64,000 bases of DNA from the human T2T-CHM13v2.0 reference genome, Homo sapiens (GCF_009914755.1 NC_060933.1), one strand, 5' to 3'; counted from the first letter of the stretch, positions 1 to 18,737 are shown. Notes: generated by a model from the sequence alone, not told the origin. Numbers and translations: made by a program.

Positions 1-233
1 TCATGAGGTCAAGAGATCAAGACCATCTGGCCAACATGGTGAAACCCCTTCTCTACTAAAAATACAAAAATTAGCTGGACGTGGTGGCGCATGCTTGTAG
101 TTCCAGCTCATTGGTAGGCTGAGGCAGGAGAATCGTTTGAACCCGGCAGGCCGAGGTTGCAGTGAGCCTAGATTGCGCCACTGCACTGTTGCCTGGGTGA
201 CAGTGTGAGACTCCGTCCCAAGGAAAAAAAAAA
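1..233 (+). mobile_element. Alu (AluS-type), cut by the window edge
   Basis: Alu body sequence, central A-rich linker and A tail at 223-233. Confidence 0.9.
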
Positions 234-1784
234 GTGCTTGCGACCACTTGTTGGAACATTTTTATAAAAGCTGCTTTAAAATCCTTGTGATGTAATTCAA
301 ATTTATTTTTCTTCTCAGTATTGGTAGCTACTTAGTACTGACTGTCTTTTCTCATGTGGGGTGCAGTTTATCTGTTTTTTTGTAATTTTGGATTGTGTCA
401 TGCACATTCAGTTTTGAGGCTCTGGGTCCTCACAAAATATTAGGCGGATGGATGCTGTTTTTGTTTTAGAAGCAATTGACCTTGTCATATTCAAGCTGCA
501 AGTTCCAATCTGTGTTTTGTGAGCTGTGGTTCCAACAATCAGTTGAGTTTTCAAAGCCTTTCCAGTTTTCTTCAGATGTGTCCTGGTGGTCAGTGTGGAA
601 GTCGGATGATAATCTGCTAGTTTCGTTCTCAAAATCTTTGGTTAACTAATTAGGAGCCGATCCACACACATGCAGCTTGGGGATGCGCTCAGTTCATTAA
701 AAACTTTATGGTGTCACTTTCTCATACTCCTTCCTCTCCACAATGTCTCCAATATTTTCTGGTTCCCTGGAGCTCCTCTTTTCTGTTTTCTGGCCAGAAT
801 GCTGGGTCTTTGATTACGGTACTCTGCTACAGTGTTTCATGGCTGCACCCATGTTTGGAGCCGACAGGTGGCAAAATGAGAAAAGACTTTAAAAAGTTTG
901 CATCACCCTCTTGGGATCACTACTGCACCAACTGGAGAGGAAGATGCCCTGGCCTGAGGGTTTTGTTTCTCCTAGGCACTGTCTGCTGCTGCCACCACAG
1001 GAATTCTTGGGGGCCAGATCACAAGGGCTCAGAGAAAACAAACAACAACAAAACGGAGGGATTTCTGCATTCTCTCGGAGTAATAGGTGTCCTCTTTCCT
1101 GCCCAAACTTGTAGGGCTTATCCTTGATCTCAGCAATTGCTGAGAAACTGTTCCACCCTTTACATGGAAAACAGACTTTCTTGTTTGCCTCATCCCTACC
1201 AGTGTCTTTCTCTCTACACCTAAGTTCAATTACCAGCTGCCCTTTATCATTGAACTTGATGCTTTCTTCTCATAGTAGAATTAAGAGGAAAGTAAAATAT
1301 TTTTTGTACCTATATCTTTATTATATTTAGACAAATCACAGAGTGAGAGAGTAGGGGTTTCAAGAACAATAGGAGAGAGACAGAGAACAGAGAAAGAACT
1401 GCTTGTGGAAATGCAGAATATCCCACATTTTCAATGTGGAAAGTGTATGAGGGTCTGAAAGAAAATAATCAGTTTTTTTTTGTCCTGTAATAGGCAGCAT
1501 TGACAAATGTGTACCAGAGTTTGGGTACATTTGAGCCAGTTCTTCAGAATCGTGGGGTGGGAAATAGAAGAAAATTATTTACACCTAACTCTAGGCAGAT
1601 AAGTGTGCTTCAAGGAAAGGCAAGGGCCTGGCTAGATTCTAGATGTTTTTAAACTGGAGGCCAGAGACAGCTTTAGGGAGTCTATATACAGGCACAAATT
1701 TATTTCTTTTATATTATTCTTGCTCTTTGAAAACGGTCTTTATGCAAATACACACTATATAACCAAAGTTTCTCTTTGTTCCAG

Positions 1785-1899
1785 GCAGCAGTAGGGCTGA
1801 TTGGAGCCATTGTACAGTGTCGGGAACATACCAGCACACTGAGAATAGCATCATGTCATAAGGACCCAGAGCAGGTGGACCCTGCTGTGATGCACAAAG
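1785..1899 (+). other. Candidate internal exon of a spliced non-coding transcript
   Basis: Acceptor tttctctttgttccag ends at 1784 and donor AAG|gtgagg starts at 1900. No recognisable protein. Confidence 0.35.
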
Positions 1900-2226
1900 G
1901 TGAGGGTGCAGCTGCCCAGGACACACTCATGCATGTTTGTGTGGACCATGGAAGATGGCAGGGGAAGAGCTGTCAGGTTGCTGGGGCAGAGGGTGCGCAT
2001 GAGTACTCGCCTGTAAGTCATGTTGTAGAATCACCTCGCACAGCCGCTGTATCTTCCCACCAGCATCACCAGATAACTCCCTTATCGTCACTTCAATAAT
2101 GCTTGATTTTGTCTGACTTTTTTATGTTTACCAGTTCAGATAAAGAGAATTGCACTCTCATCATTGCTATAATGTACACTTTTTTGACTACTAACGAGTC
2201 TGAGAATCTTTAGATACATTTGTTAG

Positions 2227-2541
<315 letters not shown>

Positions 2542-2859
2542 ATGTTTTCTCTTCTTAATCTGTTTGTACTTTCATTTACTTTTTCTTTCTTTTTTAATAA
2601 GAGGTTTTTATTTTGGATATCAATCTTTATATCTTCAGTAATGTTGTAAATATCTTTTTGTTCCCACTAGCTTTTCTTACAAACTTTTATTCCTAGTGTC
2701 TTGTTGCACAGAAATTTTATTTTATTATGGTCAATATTGTCGGCCTTTATCTTTATAATTTGTATGGGGTTGTTTTCTTGTTTGTTTTTGATTTGTATAA
2801 AAGTGATTTTTTTACCCTAAAGTCAAAAGTTAAAATTTAATGTTTTCTTCCTATTTCAG

Positions 2860-3110
2860 AGGACCATGCAAGATATGATAAAGATCTATGTCACTGAATT
2901 TTGGTTCTGTATTTGTATCTCAGCTTCCCGGAAATAAAAAAGAATTCTAACATTCATACTTTCAGTATTTTATGTGACAGGTTTTGTTGTCAAAATCAAG
3001 TCTGAGAGCAATGTTTATTGGGGCCTTTAATTGGAGTCACCAAGCGATAAAGGGGACATTGTCTTCAACAATAACCCTATAATAAACACGTTTTGGACAA
3101 TAAATATATA
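2860..3110 (+). other. Candidate terminal exon of the same non-coding transcript
   Basis: Acceptor ttttcttcctatttcag ends at 2859; AATAAA at ~2933, 3081 and ~3099. Confidence 0.3.
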
Positions 3111-4711
3111 ACAGTTTCTTAAAAGCAATTTCTTGGGCAATCAAGACAATATGGCTTGAGTATGGAGTTATATGATGGTCTGGATTAATCCAGTATTAAA
3201 TCTCTGGTTATTACAGAAATCAGTGGAGCCTATTCTTCCAAATAATCCTTAAATGTTACTTATCTCAACTGAGATTTTGGTGAAAATTTAGCTTTAGAGC
3301 TTTTATTGACCTGCCAATGACCTGAAGTTAAGATTATTCTTTTCCACCGAATGAAGACAAACCACCTCATAAAAATTAACCCAGAAGGCTGTAGAGGTGA
3401 TTTGTTTTCTTCATTTCTGATGACAGTTAAATAGCTTGACTAAAACTCTTGGTTCCCTAAATGGCTTTTCTGCTTTTGGATGGTGGTAGCCTGGGGAACG
3501 TAAGGAAAGCAGATGTCTCCCAAAACTGGGAATAAAATACATGGTTTATTCCAATACATTCAAGGAAACCCCATTTCCAAGCTCTTTAAACTAAAACATT
3601 ACTGTAAACATGTTGGCCTAAAATTTTTCAGAGCTAGAAATTTTCAGAGCAATAGCTGCCAGTTGCCACCATGTTAGGAAATTCTCATTAATTCTTACAT
3701 GACGGTTGTCTACATAGAGATGAAACACTTGACTAAATTGTCAGCAGCACAATTGTGTCCACACAGACAGATAGAACAAATCCAATGCTGTGATGTAGTT
3801 TAAATGTGCACATATTAACTGATTAGAGAGCTAGAAAATGGAGGGTATTTTTAGCAGCATATGATAAATATATTTCTGACTGCGTTGAATATTTTTTAAC
3901 TGCTTTGTTCTAGTTACTGGGGATTATATAGTAGGAAGTAATACAGACAGATGTCACGTCCTGATGGGCCTTGTATTTCAGGGATGAAATGGGATTTTGT
4001 TGGCACCAAGACCTGATTGCTTTGCCAGTTACCCTCACCCCTGGCTCATGGGGAAAGAGTATTGAGGAGATTCTCGAGGAACCACATGAGTTTCAATATC
4101 ATAAGCTTCTGCCCTGAATTGAAAGGTAATTTTTTGTTGAGGAGGGCTGAGTCACACTTATCCACAATGCCTCCTTTGGCATAGACCCCAGATAACCCAA
4201 AGTGTGTTCTCTCAAACAGATGGAGAAAATTAGAGGATAGAAAATATCAAGAGTGTTACTGAGGATGCTGCCAGCTGAACCACCATTTATGTTTTTCATA
4301 GAACAAAACTTCAAGGGGTTTAAGTAGTCAGAGTGTGGCCAGCTTTTCCTTGGAAGTATTTATGCAAGGAAGATGTTTTATATTCTGGAAGAGGGCATAT
4401 GTGAAGGGCATTTCAGAATGATGTAAGGTGTATGCACAGGTCATGTGATGGAGTGGTCTGGGGTAGCAGGACATGTGACAGGCCTCGAAGTTCACCACTA
4501 CAAGCATGGAGCCCATATCCACAACATCTTAAAGCGCAGAAGCTGGGCTGTGGGGTGGAGTAGTTCATGCCAAAAATCACAACTTGGTTTGGAAAATGAG
4601 AGGGAAGAGAAACTTCCCTAAAGAGAATTAGAAAAAGTAAAACTCGTGAGGTAAAGCTGTATAGATTTGAAATAATAAATCCTCACAATTTTTACTTCCA
4701 CTGGTCGATGG

Positions 4712-4940
4712 CAGGGTTTCTTAATCTTAGCAGTCTTAACCTTTTGAGTCAGATAATTTTTAATTCTTCTTGCAGAGGAGAAGAGAGGGTACAGGCTGTT
4801 CTGTGCAAGATGGCATGCTTAGCAGCATCCATAGCCTGTACTCACTAAATGCCAGTAGCAACCTCCAGTTTTGACAACCCAAGATGTCTCCAGACATTTT
4901 CTTCCCTGGAGGCAAAAACAGCCCTGGTTGGGAAGCACTG
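4712..4940. mobile_element. MER20 hAT-Charlie DNA transposon
   Basis: cagggtttctt...aagcactg termini and the internal aaatgccagtagca...gatgtctccagacatt motif typical of MER20. Confidence 0.75.
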
Positions 4941-5952
4941 GTTTATGAATAGAAATAAAACTGTAGTGTTCTCCAGCCAAACAAACAACAACAAAATTAA
5001 ACAGCATATTTTCAATTTATTGCCTTCCTTGGCTAGTACATAACCCACTATAATTAAAGCTTCCAATCAGAAATTCTTCCTCGGTTAAAAAAAAAAAAAG
5101 CTATCAAGAGAAGCAATTTAGTAAGCTGGGTTTTAGGAATATGCTGTTAATTTTGCCTAAAATGTGGCATGCAAGGGGAGAGTTATGTAATAATTTTAAG
5201 TAAATAAGTGTTTCATTAAAAAAAAAACCCTTAAAATGGTTTGATTCAAAAATACTGAAATGTCTTATCATAGAAGCATAAATCTAAATAGTTTGGTTAT
5301 TTAAATATAACTTACTTTGAAATTATCAAGGAACATAGCTAATCGAACCTATCATTCTAGCCTACATCATCCTGTGCATTTCACAAAATCCTAATGAAAA
5401 ACTACACGAAGCTCAAAGTATAGATAAACATATCAGTGTTGACAACGGTGAAACCACACTATCCAAAGGCTACGAGCTCTGAGGAATTCCTGTTAGCTAC
5501 AGCACATGTAGGATCAATGAAGGAAGAAAATGAAGGCTCCTGGGAGACAAAATTATGCCAGGACAAAGCTGAAGAAGAGCAACACCTGTCGGAAATGTCC
5601 TAAGATAAATTTCGAAAGGTGCCAGGCTTGGAGGTGGGGCAGGCACCGCCGGAAGAGACACCTTCCCTTTGGGGCTTTCTTTGCCTGTGACAAGAACAGC
5701 ACTTGATGCCCTTAGAATAGTTCCTGGAACTTCTGAATAAATATCTGCGAAATGGCTGAATCAGGGGTGGGGACTGGCGTTCAGGTGGGGGACCCCTCAA
5801 TAGTATGACCACAACGGAGGCTCCACCTGGCAGGGAGCTGCTGACTCCTGATGCTACAGGAGCTCGTCTCTGTATTAGGAGGTCCTGTTCCACTTCCAGT
5901 TGCAAATATTACATATATTTGTGTGTGTGAGTGCAAATATATTAATATATAT

Positions 5953-6275
5953 ACACAACCGCCCAAGTTCCCCTTGCCCCCTGCCTAGACAGAGCTGATT
6001 TATCAAGACAGGGGAATTGCAATAGAGAAAGAGTCATTCTTGCAGAGCCAGCTGGGCGGGAGACTGGAGTTTTATTATTGCTCAAATCAGTCTCCCCGAG
6101 CGTTTGGGGATCAGAGTTTTTAAGGATAATATGGCATGGTCTCAGGAAGTGGGGAGTGCTGATTGGTCAGGTTGGAGATGGAATCACAGGGGGATCAAAG
6201 TGAGGTTTTCTTGCTGCCTTCTGTTCCTGGGTGGGATGGCAGAACTGGCTGAGCCACATTACCGGTTTGAGTGGT
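5953..6275 (-). mobile_element. LTR8 (ERV1) LTR fragment
   Basis: tgcctagacagagctgatttatcaagacaggggaattgcaatagagaaagag matches the reverse complement of the LTR8 3' end. Confidence 0.75.
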
Positions 6276-6480
6276 GTTGATGGCCGCAGCGGCCCATCTG
6301 GAGAGGCTGCTGCCAAGATGCCGGCTGCAGCAGGGGAGGCGCCGCAGGGAGCGCTTTGTGGAGCCCGCGGGAGCCCTGGCTGCTTCTGAGCTGGTGGGGA
6401 GGGAGCCCTGCAGTCCCAGGCGCAAGGGCAGCTGCCCAGCCATGGCTTCGGACCCGGGCATCCCTGTCCTCTTGGGAGGG
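6276..6480 (+). mobile_element. MER52 (ERV1) LTR 5' fragment, GC-rich
   Basis: gcagcggcccatctggag...gatgccggctgcagcaggggaggcg matches the MER52 start. Confidence 0.7.
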
Positions 6481-6528
6481 GGTTGGGGGTGGTGGGGAGG
6501 GGGTTGGGGGTGGTGGGGGGGGCAGGGG
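6474..6528 (+). repeat. G-rich tandem repeat with G-quadruplex potential
   Basis: (ggagggggttgggggtggtg)x2 followed by further G runs; more than four G3+ tracts. Confidence 0.8.
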
Positions 6529-6820
6529 AAGCCTATATTAGACCAAATAAATATCATGATATATTTTATGTGTTTATTTTTTAACCCATACCAATCCAAG
6601 CTAGATTTTCTTACTGATTTATTTTGCTTGTTTATTAATCTTATTATGTAGAATATATTTTGGAAGTTGCCTTAACAGTTTTTAGAGGAAAACAGGATAA
6701 AAATAAATAAATATATAAAAGATGCCAGTTTTCCTTATATGTATATGTAATGGTGTAAAAAAAGCACTAAATAAAATGGTCAGTATAGTGGCTAGGGAAA
6801 TAATTACAGTTAGGTTTTTG

Positions 6821-7315
<495 letters not shown>

Positions 7316-7842
7316 TTATTGTTTCATTGGAAATGTAATTAATGAACATGAACCTCAGTACCATAGATTGGGAGCCATGAGTCTGGCCCTGGGCTGACTG
7401 TGGTTGGACTCACTCAGGAACCGTCTTGGCTAGTCTCTTTTAAATAACTGCTGCCAGCTACTGCCAGAAGTTGCAGGATGGGAGGAAAGGAAGCTGACTG
7501 GCCCAGCTGATCCATAAACAGCCCTTTAATAGCACTGCAGTTGCTTGTGATGCATGCCTGGGATTCTAGGTTTGTGTCTTTCTTTTGTGAGGGGTTTCTG
7601 TCTCACCCTCAACACTGTTCTTTGCATCGTTCAGGCTACACATCCCAGTGTGTTCCCATCTCCTGCCCTCTAGTCTGCTGAAGGTTTTGCATCCTGTTCT
7701 CAGCATGGACACATATCTTCTCTTTTGTCCATCACATGGTCATTTCAATAGGATGTTGGTAGAATAGGAAGAAGATGCACATGTGTTTAACTAATCATTT
7801 TTAATTAGAAAGCCAGAGGTTGAATTGAAAAACAACTCATAT

Positions 7843-8580
7843 TGAAACTGCAATTGCAATAATTATAACAGTGAGAAAATTATGGCAGTGGGGAAGATCT
7901 AATATAGCCAACTTCCCTCTTATATTTTACCTTCATGTTGCCTTAATTATTACCAGGCTTAGGATGGGCTAGCTTTGGGAGACATGTAGTTTACAGTTTA
8001 AATGATAATATTCCTTCTCCAAAACTTAATCACCTTTATAAAGCTAATGAGAGACAACCAGGCTAGGAGGAGAAGAGCCTGAATTCGGCAAAGGTGTAGA
8101 CATAAAAGACTGCCAGCCATTATTCCAGAGGTCACGAGATATGCAACTTTTCCAATTACTCCTGCAGATAACATCACGACTGTAGAACCCAAGATTGGCC
8201 TTTTGAGATAGCCTTTCAGATATTTTGCGTGTTTGGCACCAATTATGGTGCCTTCTGAACCCACCAACTGCTCATGTGGCCCCATACAGAAGCAGAAGCC
8301 ATTCAGCACAGAGCAGGATCTTTTCCCATGTTAAGATTGCACCCCCCAAGCAATCAGCAGAAAGCATCCATTGCCTAGCCACCCTCATCACTTCCCCCAA
8401 ATTACCTCTGAAAGAACCCGAACCTACAAGCTTTTGATGAGTTTGATTTAATAACTCCACCTCCTGTGTGGTGTGGCTGGCTTCGCATCAATTAAATTCT
8501 TCCTTTACTGCAATGCCCTGGTCTCTGTGAATTGATTTTTTTTTGTGCAGCAGGCGGGAAGAACCCATCAGGAGGTTACA
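7843..8580 (+). mobile_element. LTR8B-like solo LTR (ERV1)
   Basis: TG...CA ends (tgaaactgc...ggttaca), imperfect 4-bp TSD atat/gtat and LTR8B-like body. Confidence 0.75.
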
Positions 8581-8759
8581 GTATGGTTGTTGAACTTTTC
8601 AATTTATGGAGTTTTAAAATATAATTACCAATATGTGTCTTCATAAAATACTTTTACACTATGACACTATACAATATTTTTATTAGATCTTATTTGTTAT
8701 TTATGATTTTTCATCCTAATTTTTAAAACTATGATTTTTATTAGACTTTTATTTACAAT

Positions 8760-9975
8760 TTTTATTATGAAAATTTTCAAACATACATGGAAGTAGAGAC
8801 AAAAGTAATAAAACCCAATGTATTCCTTACACTCTACTTCAATAATTATAAATATATGGAGTAGTCTTAAAATTTCATATATATCCCTCCCACAAACACA
8901 CACTCAAGCATAATTTTAGCACAAACCCCAGACATCATATTATATCATTTTTAAATATATAGCTATGTATCTTTAAGGGAAATGACTTTTAAAATACATG
9001 ATAGTAGTACCATTAACACAACTAAATAAATTAACAGTAATTCCTTAATATCATCTAATGTTTGGTATTCAGATTTTCATGATTGTCTCATAGATCTCTT
9101 TTTCAGTGAGAATACAAACAAGTCCACGCACACTGCATTTGGTTGACAGAGGTTTTTGACAGAGCAGGAGCATCGCCATCATGGACAAGTACCACCATTC
9201 TAAAGTTCCCCTTGATCAAAAACCACCTAAATCCAAAGGGCATCAGCCTAATGGCTAAGGTCAGCATGACCATAAACCACAAATGACATGTCCAACCAGA
9301 AACATTCCAACCATAGGATAAACCCTCCCTGACCAGAGACATGCCAGCCCCCAGATAACCTCCCCTCCAGCTGGAGAGATGTCAGCCCCAAGAAAACCTC
9401 CCCTCTGACCATAGACATTCCAACCCCGCCATGAGCTTCTCCCCCATACAGAAACATTCCAAGCCTGTGATAAGCTCTCTCACCAATAAATACTCTTACT
9501 CTGGAAGAGAGACTGTTCCTAACCGAAATCGGCCAGAAGCCCCTCTCAGGTTTATTCTCCAAAATAAACCTATCTTTGACTCTTAAGCCACTTTTCATGT
9601 TTCTTTCCTCTTTCTTTAACTTTAACAGTTTTAATTGATCACAATATCTTCTTCCCACCTGACTCCATGTATTTGCAGAAAAAACTAGGTCATTCGCCTG
9701 TAGAATTTCCCACATTTTGTGTTTGGCTTAGTGCAGCCTTATGGTATAATTTAACACATATAAACTGATAGTTAGAACAAGAGGTTGATTTAAGTTCTTT
9801 TAGTTTTATATTCTTTTGGCAAGAATACTTCAAAGGTGGTGCAGTGTGCTTCCTATTGAATCATATTCAGAGGCATGTAACGTTGGATTTTCTTTCTCTT
9901 ATCAGACTCTTAATTTTAGTTGTTCCAGTACATAAAAATTAGTATGTTATCATGGTCTGTGATTACTAATCATTT
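8760..9975 (-). mobile_element. Old L1M fragments, host of MER61 and of the RBPJ retrocopy
   Basis: Degenerate antisense L1-like sequence that resumes at ~14201-14310 after the RBPJ and Alu insertions. Confidence 0.55.
9157..9627 (+). mobile_element. MER61 solo LTR (ERV1)
   Basis: tgacagagcaggagcatcgccatc...tttaaca, with gtttt on both flanks. Confidence 0.8.
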
Positions 9976-9988
9976 AAGAGTTTATGGG

Positions 9989-13874
<3,886 letters not shown>

Positions 13875-13887
13875 GAGTTTATAGGTC

Positions 13888-14199
13888 GGCCAGGTCTGAT
13901 GGCTCACGCTCGTAATCCCAGCACTTTGGGAGGCCGAGGCCAGCGGATCACTTGAGGTCAGTTCAAGACCAGCCTGGCTGACATGGTGGAACCCCTGTCT
14001 CTACTAAAAACAAAAACAAAAACAGAAACAAAAATTAGCCAGGTGTGGTGGTGTGTGCCTGTAGTCCTAGCTACTCGAGAGCCTGAGGCATGAGAATTGC
14101 TTGAACCTGGGAGGTGGAGGTTGCAGTAAGCCGAACTTGTGCCACTGTACTCCAGCCTGGGTGACAGAGTGACACTCGGTCTCAAAAAAAAAAAAAAAA
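13888..14199 (+). mobile_element. AluS-type inserted in the 3' TSD of the RBPJ retrocopy
   Basis: Full Alu; TSD tttat(a/g)ggtc at 13878 and 14201. Confidence 0.92.
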
Positions 14200-15249
14200 T
14201 TTTATGGGTCATTTGTGGTTTATTTATTTCTGCAAAATGTCCATTCCCATCTTTAGCCCACTTTTAATTGGGTGATTTTTTTTAGTAAGAAAAACTTTAT
14301 ATATTAAACATTGATTTTTAAATTATTTACTATATCCAATCAACAGCTTTCTTTAAGAACTCTCTAATGCAAAATAGAAGAGTGGTAGAAGCTGAGTACA
14401 AAAAGGAAAAAATTCTAATTAATTAAATGTATCTTTGATTAACAGAAAAATAATATAAGCTACAATAATATTGTTATTTCAGAATTCCCCAGTTACAAAG
14501 TAACAGTAAGAAGATGGTGATCTACAAAACTTTACTTGTGACATAATTCTAGTGTAGTTTATTTAAGAAATATAAAAGAAAATGATTGGATTACAAAAAA
14601 GATTAATATAATGATACATCAGTATTATGAGTATCTTTCTTAAATAAATAATATTTTCTGAAGACATGGATAATAAAAAAGGTAGCACAATAAAATTATA
14701 CAGGGACAACTTATTAAAATAAATAAACATGCTCAGTTCATTGTAATGAAATAAAATTTGTTTTCTGAAAACAAATGGAAAGAAAATAATAACCATGTTA
14801 GCCCAGAGAAAGGAATACACTTGAATTATAGATGAACAAGGGCATATACTGTGTATGACTATCATGTAACCATGAAGAATAGGTCAAGATAAGGGAAAAG
14901 CAGCAGAAACATCAGTTCTCAGGCAGTGGTGCCTGAGATTATTACAGTGTGCCCAATTAGTTTATGTCACTTTTAAAAAGTCATTTAAATAAATGTATTT
15001 GTGGAAGAAAAAATATCTGAACATCAGGTATGGTCTGATCCACAATGATCCAACGATCTGTCATAACTCATTCTAGGAGTATTCTTATACAGTTTGCAAG
15101 AGAAATTACATGTGGAGCTACAGAGGAACATTTATCAAAATTCATAAAGCTATTTAACCTGAATGTTACATAGTACATAGTGACCATCATACAATAGTAA
15201 AAATACAATATCTGATACTATTTTTACAAGCTATGACGTAAACAATTTA

Positions 15250-16900
15250 GGCTCTTTTTAAAAAAATAAAAGAAATTTGATTACAACTTTATTTCAAGCA
15301 TTTTCAGTTAGACATAGGTTTATATATTTTCACTCAAAATGGCAAAGGACCTTCTGTAGGTAAAATATATTCTGTGTTTAAATGCTTGCATTCTGAAGTA
15401 TGATTTGCCATGTACAAGTTCAGGTAGGACAATGAAGCTGCTGTAGCAAAATCCTGGCTGATGATGAAGACTCGGACACTTTTCATCTTTCATGCAGCCA
15501 TTCAATATTTTGTGTATTTACATGAAGGAGAAAAGAGGGGAGGATACAAAGAGAGCCAGTATTCTTTTTGGATGAAGCAGCCTAATTCCAGAGAATGAGC
15601 TTTCCATTTTGAACTCAAAGACTGTGGTCCCCAAATTGAATTCTTACCAGTCCAAGGAGCTGCCTTTGGCCTGTGAGGCAACACTTGATGATGAAGTGAG
15701 CTAGGAAAGTGTTAACTGAACTACAGAGATGGCTGCGTGCAAAACAAGTTTCCAAACATGCTCAGGCCCACGCAGAGGTGAGGTGCAGCCAGAACTATTA
15801 GTTAAAAATAAATGCCCTCACGGATGCAGACATAGAGCTTGTAGGAAGAGTCACCGTTCTGGGGGCCTGATTGTAGTTTCCAATACCTGCCTTCACCACT
15901 CTCTGACTCTTCTATTTTTCTGCTTTGTTTAATTTGAGTCCAAGGATTTCATTAGCAACTTTCTGAAAATACAGGAAGACAGTCTCCTGTTTTGGCTGAG
16001 ATAAAGTGGCTACTAAAACCATTTTCCTGGCAAAACCATAAGTGTTTTTCAGGTTTTACTGTTTCCATGTGCTCCAAATAAATTTTATTGCTCACCAAGG
16101 CAACCAGTAGCAAAGCTTCTGACTCTTCGCTCCCTTTCTTCGGTACAATGTACACATCTTTTTTTTTTTTTTTTTTGAGATGGAGTCTCGCTGTCGCCCA
16201 GGCTGGAGTGCAGTGGCGCGATCTCGGCCCACTGCAAGCTCCGCCTCCCGGGGTTCACACCATTCTCCTGCCTCAGCCTCCCGAGTAGCTGGGACTACAG
16301 GCCCCGGCCACCACGCCCGGCTAATTTTTTTTTTTGTATTTTTAGTAGAGACAGGGTTTCACCGTGTTCGCCAGAATGGTCTCGATCTCCTGACCTCGTG
16401 ATCCGCCCGCCTCGGCCTACCAAAGTGCTGGGATGACAGACATGAGCCACCGCGCCTGGCCGTACCAATCTTTTAAATTCTCCAAGCTTTGCTAATTTGT
16501 AACAAGAGGATTCTCTGTGGTCCATAGATAAATGCATCCACCTTCTTGCCGCGTATTGTACGCACCCCCTACATCCCATACTTGAAGAGTAACGTTCAAG
16601 TTTCCTGGCAATGTTATCCCGCTCAAAAAATATGTATATATATTCATCACTATAGTTTAGTTTTATTGGTTCCCAAAAGTTTCTTGAGCAAAACTCATAG
16701 GTCTTCCAGGAGGTGCTGCTTCAAGCATGACAAATTTCAGTTGCCATTCTTGGTTTCTTTCTTGGGGTCTGATGGAGTTCAGTGTGGTGCTCAGGCTAGC
16801 TCCCCAGGCAGAGGGAGAAGGAAAGGAGAGCGCCTCCGTAGGTGGGGAGAGAAGGAAGGGAGCAGGACCCTGCCCTGGGATCTGGGTGCCCTGGAGAGAT
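15250..16900 (-). pseudogene. RAB28P: RAB28 processed pseudogene (short isoform ending SSMCAVQ); both ends approximate
   Basis: Minus-strand homology ~16775 to 15818: [66 protein letters not shown]. Intronless, frameshifted and split by an AluY; minus-strand AATAAA at ~15288. Confidence 0.93.
16158..16461 (-). mobile_element. AluY inserted in the RAB28 pseudogene CDS
   Basis: AluY body; imperfect TSD gtacacatctttt / gtaccaatctttt. Confidence 0.93.
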
Positions 16901-18326
16901 CAGGGGAAACTAGTTGATGATACTTTTGTTAAATGAACCAGTACTTTCACATGCTTTTAAGTAAAAATGAAATTTAACTGGAAGGACCCAAATCAAACAT
17001 GGTATCTCTTGAGTTATCTCTCACTATGGATGACAAAGGCTGTTGTCAAAGTTGATTTCACTCAATTAACTTGATGGATATTAAACAACCTGTATAAGCC
17101 CAGAAAATGAGTGTTCTGGGAGATCTGTTATTACAGAAATGCAGAGGTGTCCTAACTCGTGTTATGTGAAGGTGGCCATGATGCAGATAAGGACATGGCT
17201 ATGAATGTGCAGGCTATAGTTTGCCCTGACCTGGGTCCATGACCGTGCCTTGAGGGTGGAAGAAACACCAGAGCGCCCTCAGATAAGATGGCTGGAGGGC
17301 ATGACAAAAACCATGAAAGTAAGACCAGACCGTGCATGCAAGATGAATGCTGGCATCTGGCTTAATAGAGGAATTTGAACAAACAAAATCCTTTTTCTGC
17401 AAGCTCTTCACATAATTCTACTCCACCTGGAGCTTCATGGCTGAAATGAGTGGTTATCTATATTCAGGTCTAGTCAGACGTGCTGATTAATTATAGTTGA
17501 TCAGCATACATATATCATGCTTTCTTACATATTTAATCTATCCCATGTATACATAAGATTTTGAAGGATAAATTATTTATTAGCATTAAAGTGTAAAATT
17601 TGCTTGATAACTATAAAATGCCTTAAATACACTAGTATGAGTTTCGAAATTATACCAAAATGACCAATGTGAAGGGTAGTGTTACTACACTGGGTATGTC
17701 CTGCCACTACGTCCTTTAGGAGATTTCTATAGCATCACAATGAAGTCCACCTGTGTATGAGAGAGAGGCTTGCGCTCGCCTTCCTTACCAGCAATGCAAA
17801 AGTGCTCAGGGGACCCAGCTTGGTCTGAGTACGAAAACAAACCTAAGAGGCTTCAAAGCCAGCTCTCCTGTAGTATGTGCTCACATCCCTGAAAGAAAAG
17901 CAAGAAAATTCCAAACTCCAGATTTTCTAATATAAGCTCTAGTGAAATACTTACCTTTCTTGAGTCAAAGCAGAAGCAACTGCTAACTAGAAATGTCAGC
18001 CTGCTGCCTCAGAGAATTTCTATGGCTGTTCTGGGGTGAAGAGGGTGGAGTCTTTGGCTTTCTTACCACAGGTGATCAGGTAAGAAGGAACCACAGCATC
18101 CTCTATGAAGAAATGCTGTCCGAGGTGATACCTGGAATCCAAAGCTTTTCTAAAGGAGACCTGGGAGGGGACTCCACACCCATCAACCAATAGCAGCCCA
18201 GCCCAAAGGCTGCAAATTTGCTTCTTTCTGACACCCAGTGGAGAAACAATCACCAGCTCTTTTCCAGCGAGTCCAGCACTGTCTGCAATTGGATTTGCTT
18301 TAGTTGCAAGGATTGTAAGCTAGTTG

Positions 18327-18361
<35 letters not shown>

Positions 18362-18366
18362 TGTGT
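18327..18366. repeat. (TG)n microsatellite
   Basis: About 20 TG units with one interruption. Confidence 0.95.
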
Positions 18367-18737
18367 AGGTGAAGTTTGAGGCACCTGGTGTTAGTGTTTC
18401 TATCCAGTTGTACTAAAATTGGCATGAAATTTCTTATCTAGAATTTCAAGCCTCCAGCCATGAGCCTTATTCAGCTATCATTGATTTCATCACCAAAAAA
18501 GATAAAACCAGGAAATAGAATGCGTGTGAGAGAGTCCAAATGATTGTTTCTTTTACCCTTAACTAACTCCCTTTCCTTAGCCCCTCTCCTGCACCTACTG
18601 GTTTTCTAAGGTTTATTCCCGCAGTCTTTAGTAAACTAATTTTAAATGTGCGAATGGGGTGACCAGGTTAGAGACTCCCAGGGAAGAACCATGCTATGTA
18701 TCCCACTAATAAGTTCTCCTTATGGAGCTAAAGTCTT

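Noticed and set aside
6271-6651. 126-aa ORF with a GW-rich repeat
   Set aside because: Translation of the MER52 LTR and the G-rich repeat.
9248-9715. 155-aa minus-strand ORF
   Set aside because: Lies antisense within the MER61 LTR; no recognisable homology.
14270-14310. T tract as the RAB28 retrocopy poly(A)
   Set aside because: Better explained as continuation of the host antisense L1; no matching TSD found, so the RAB28 3' end is left approximate.
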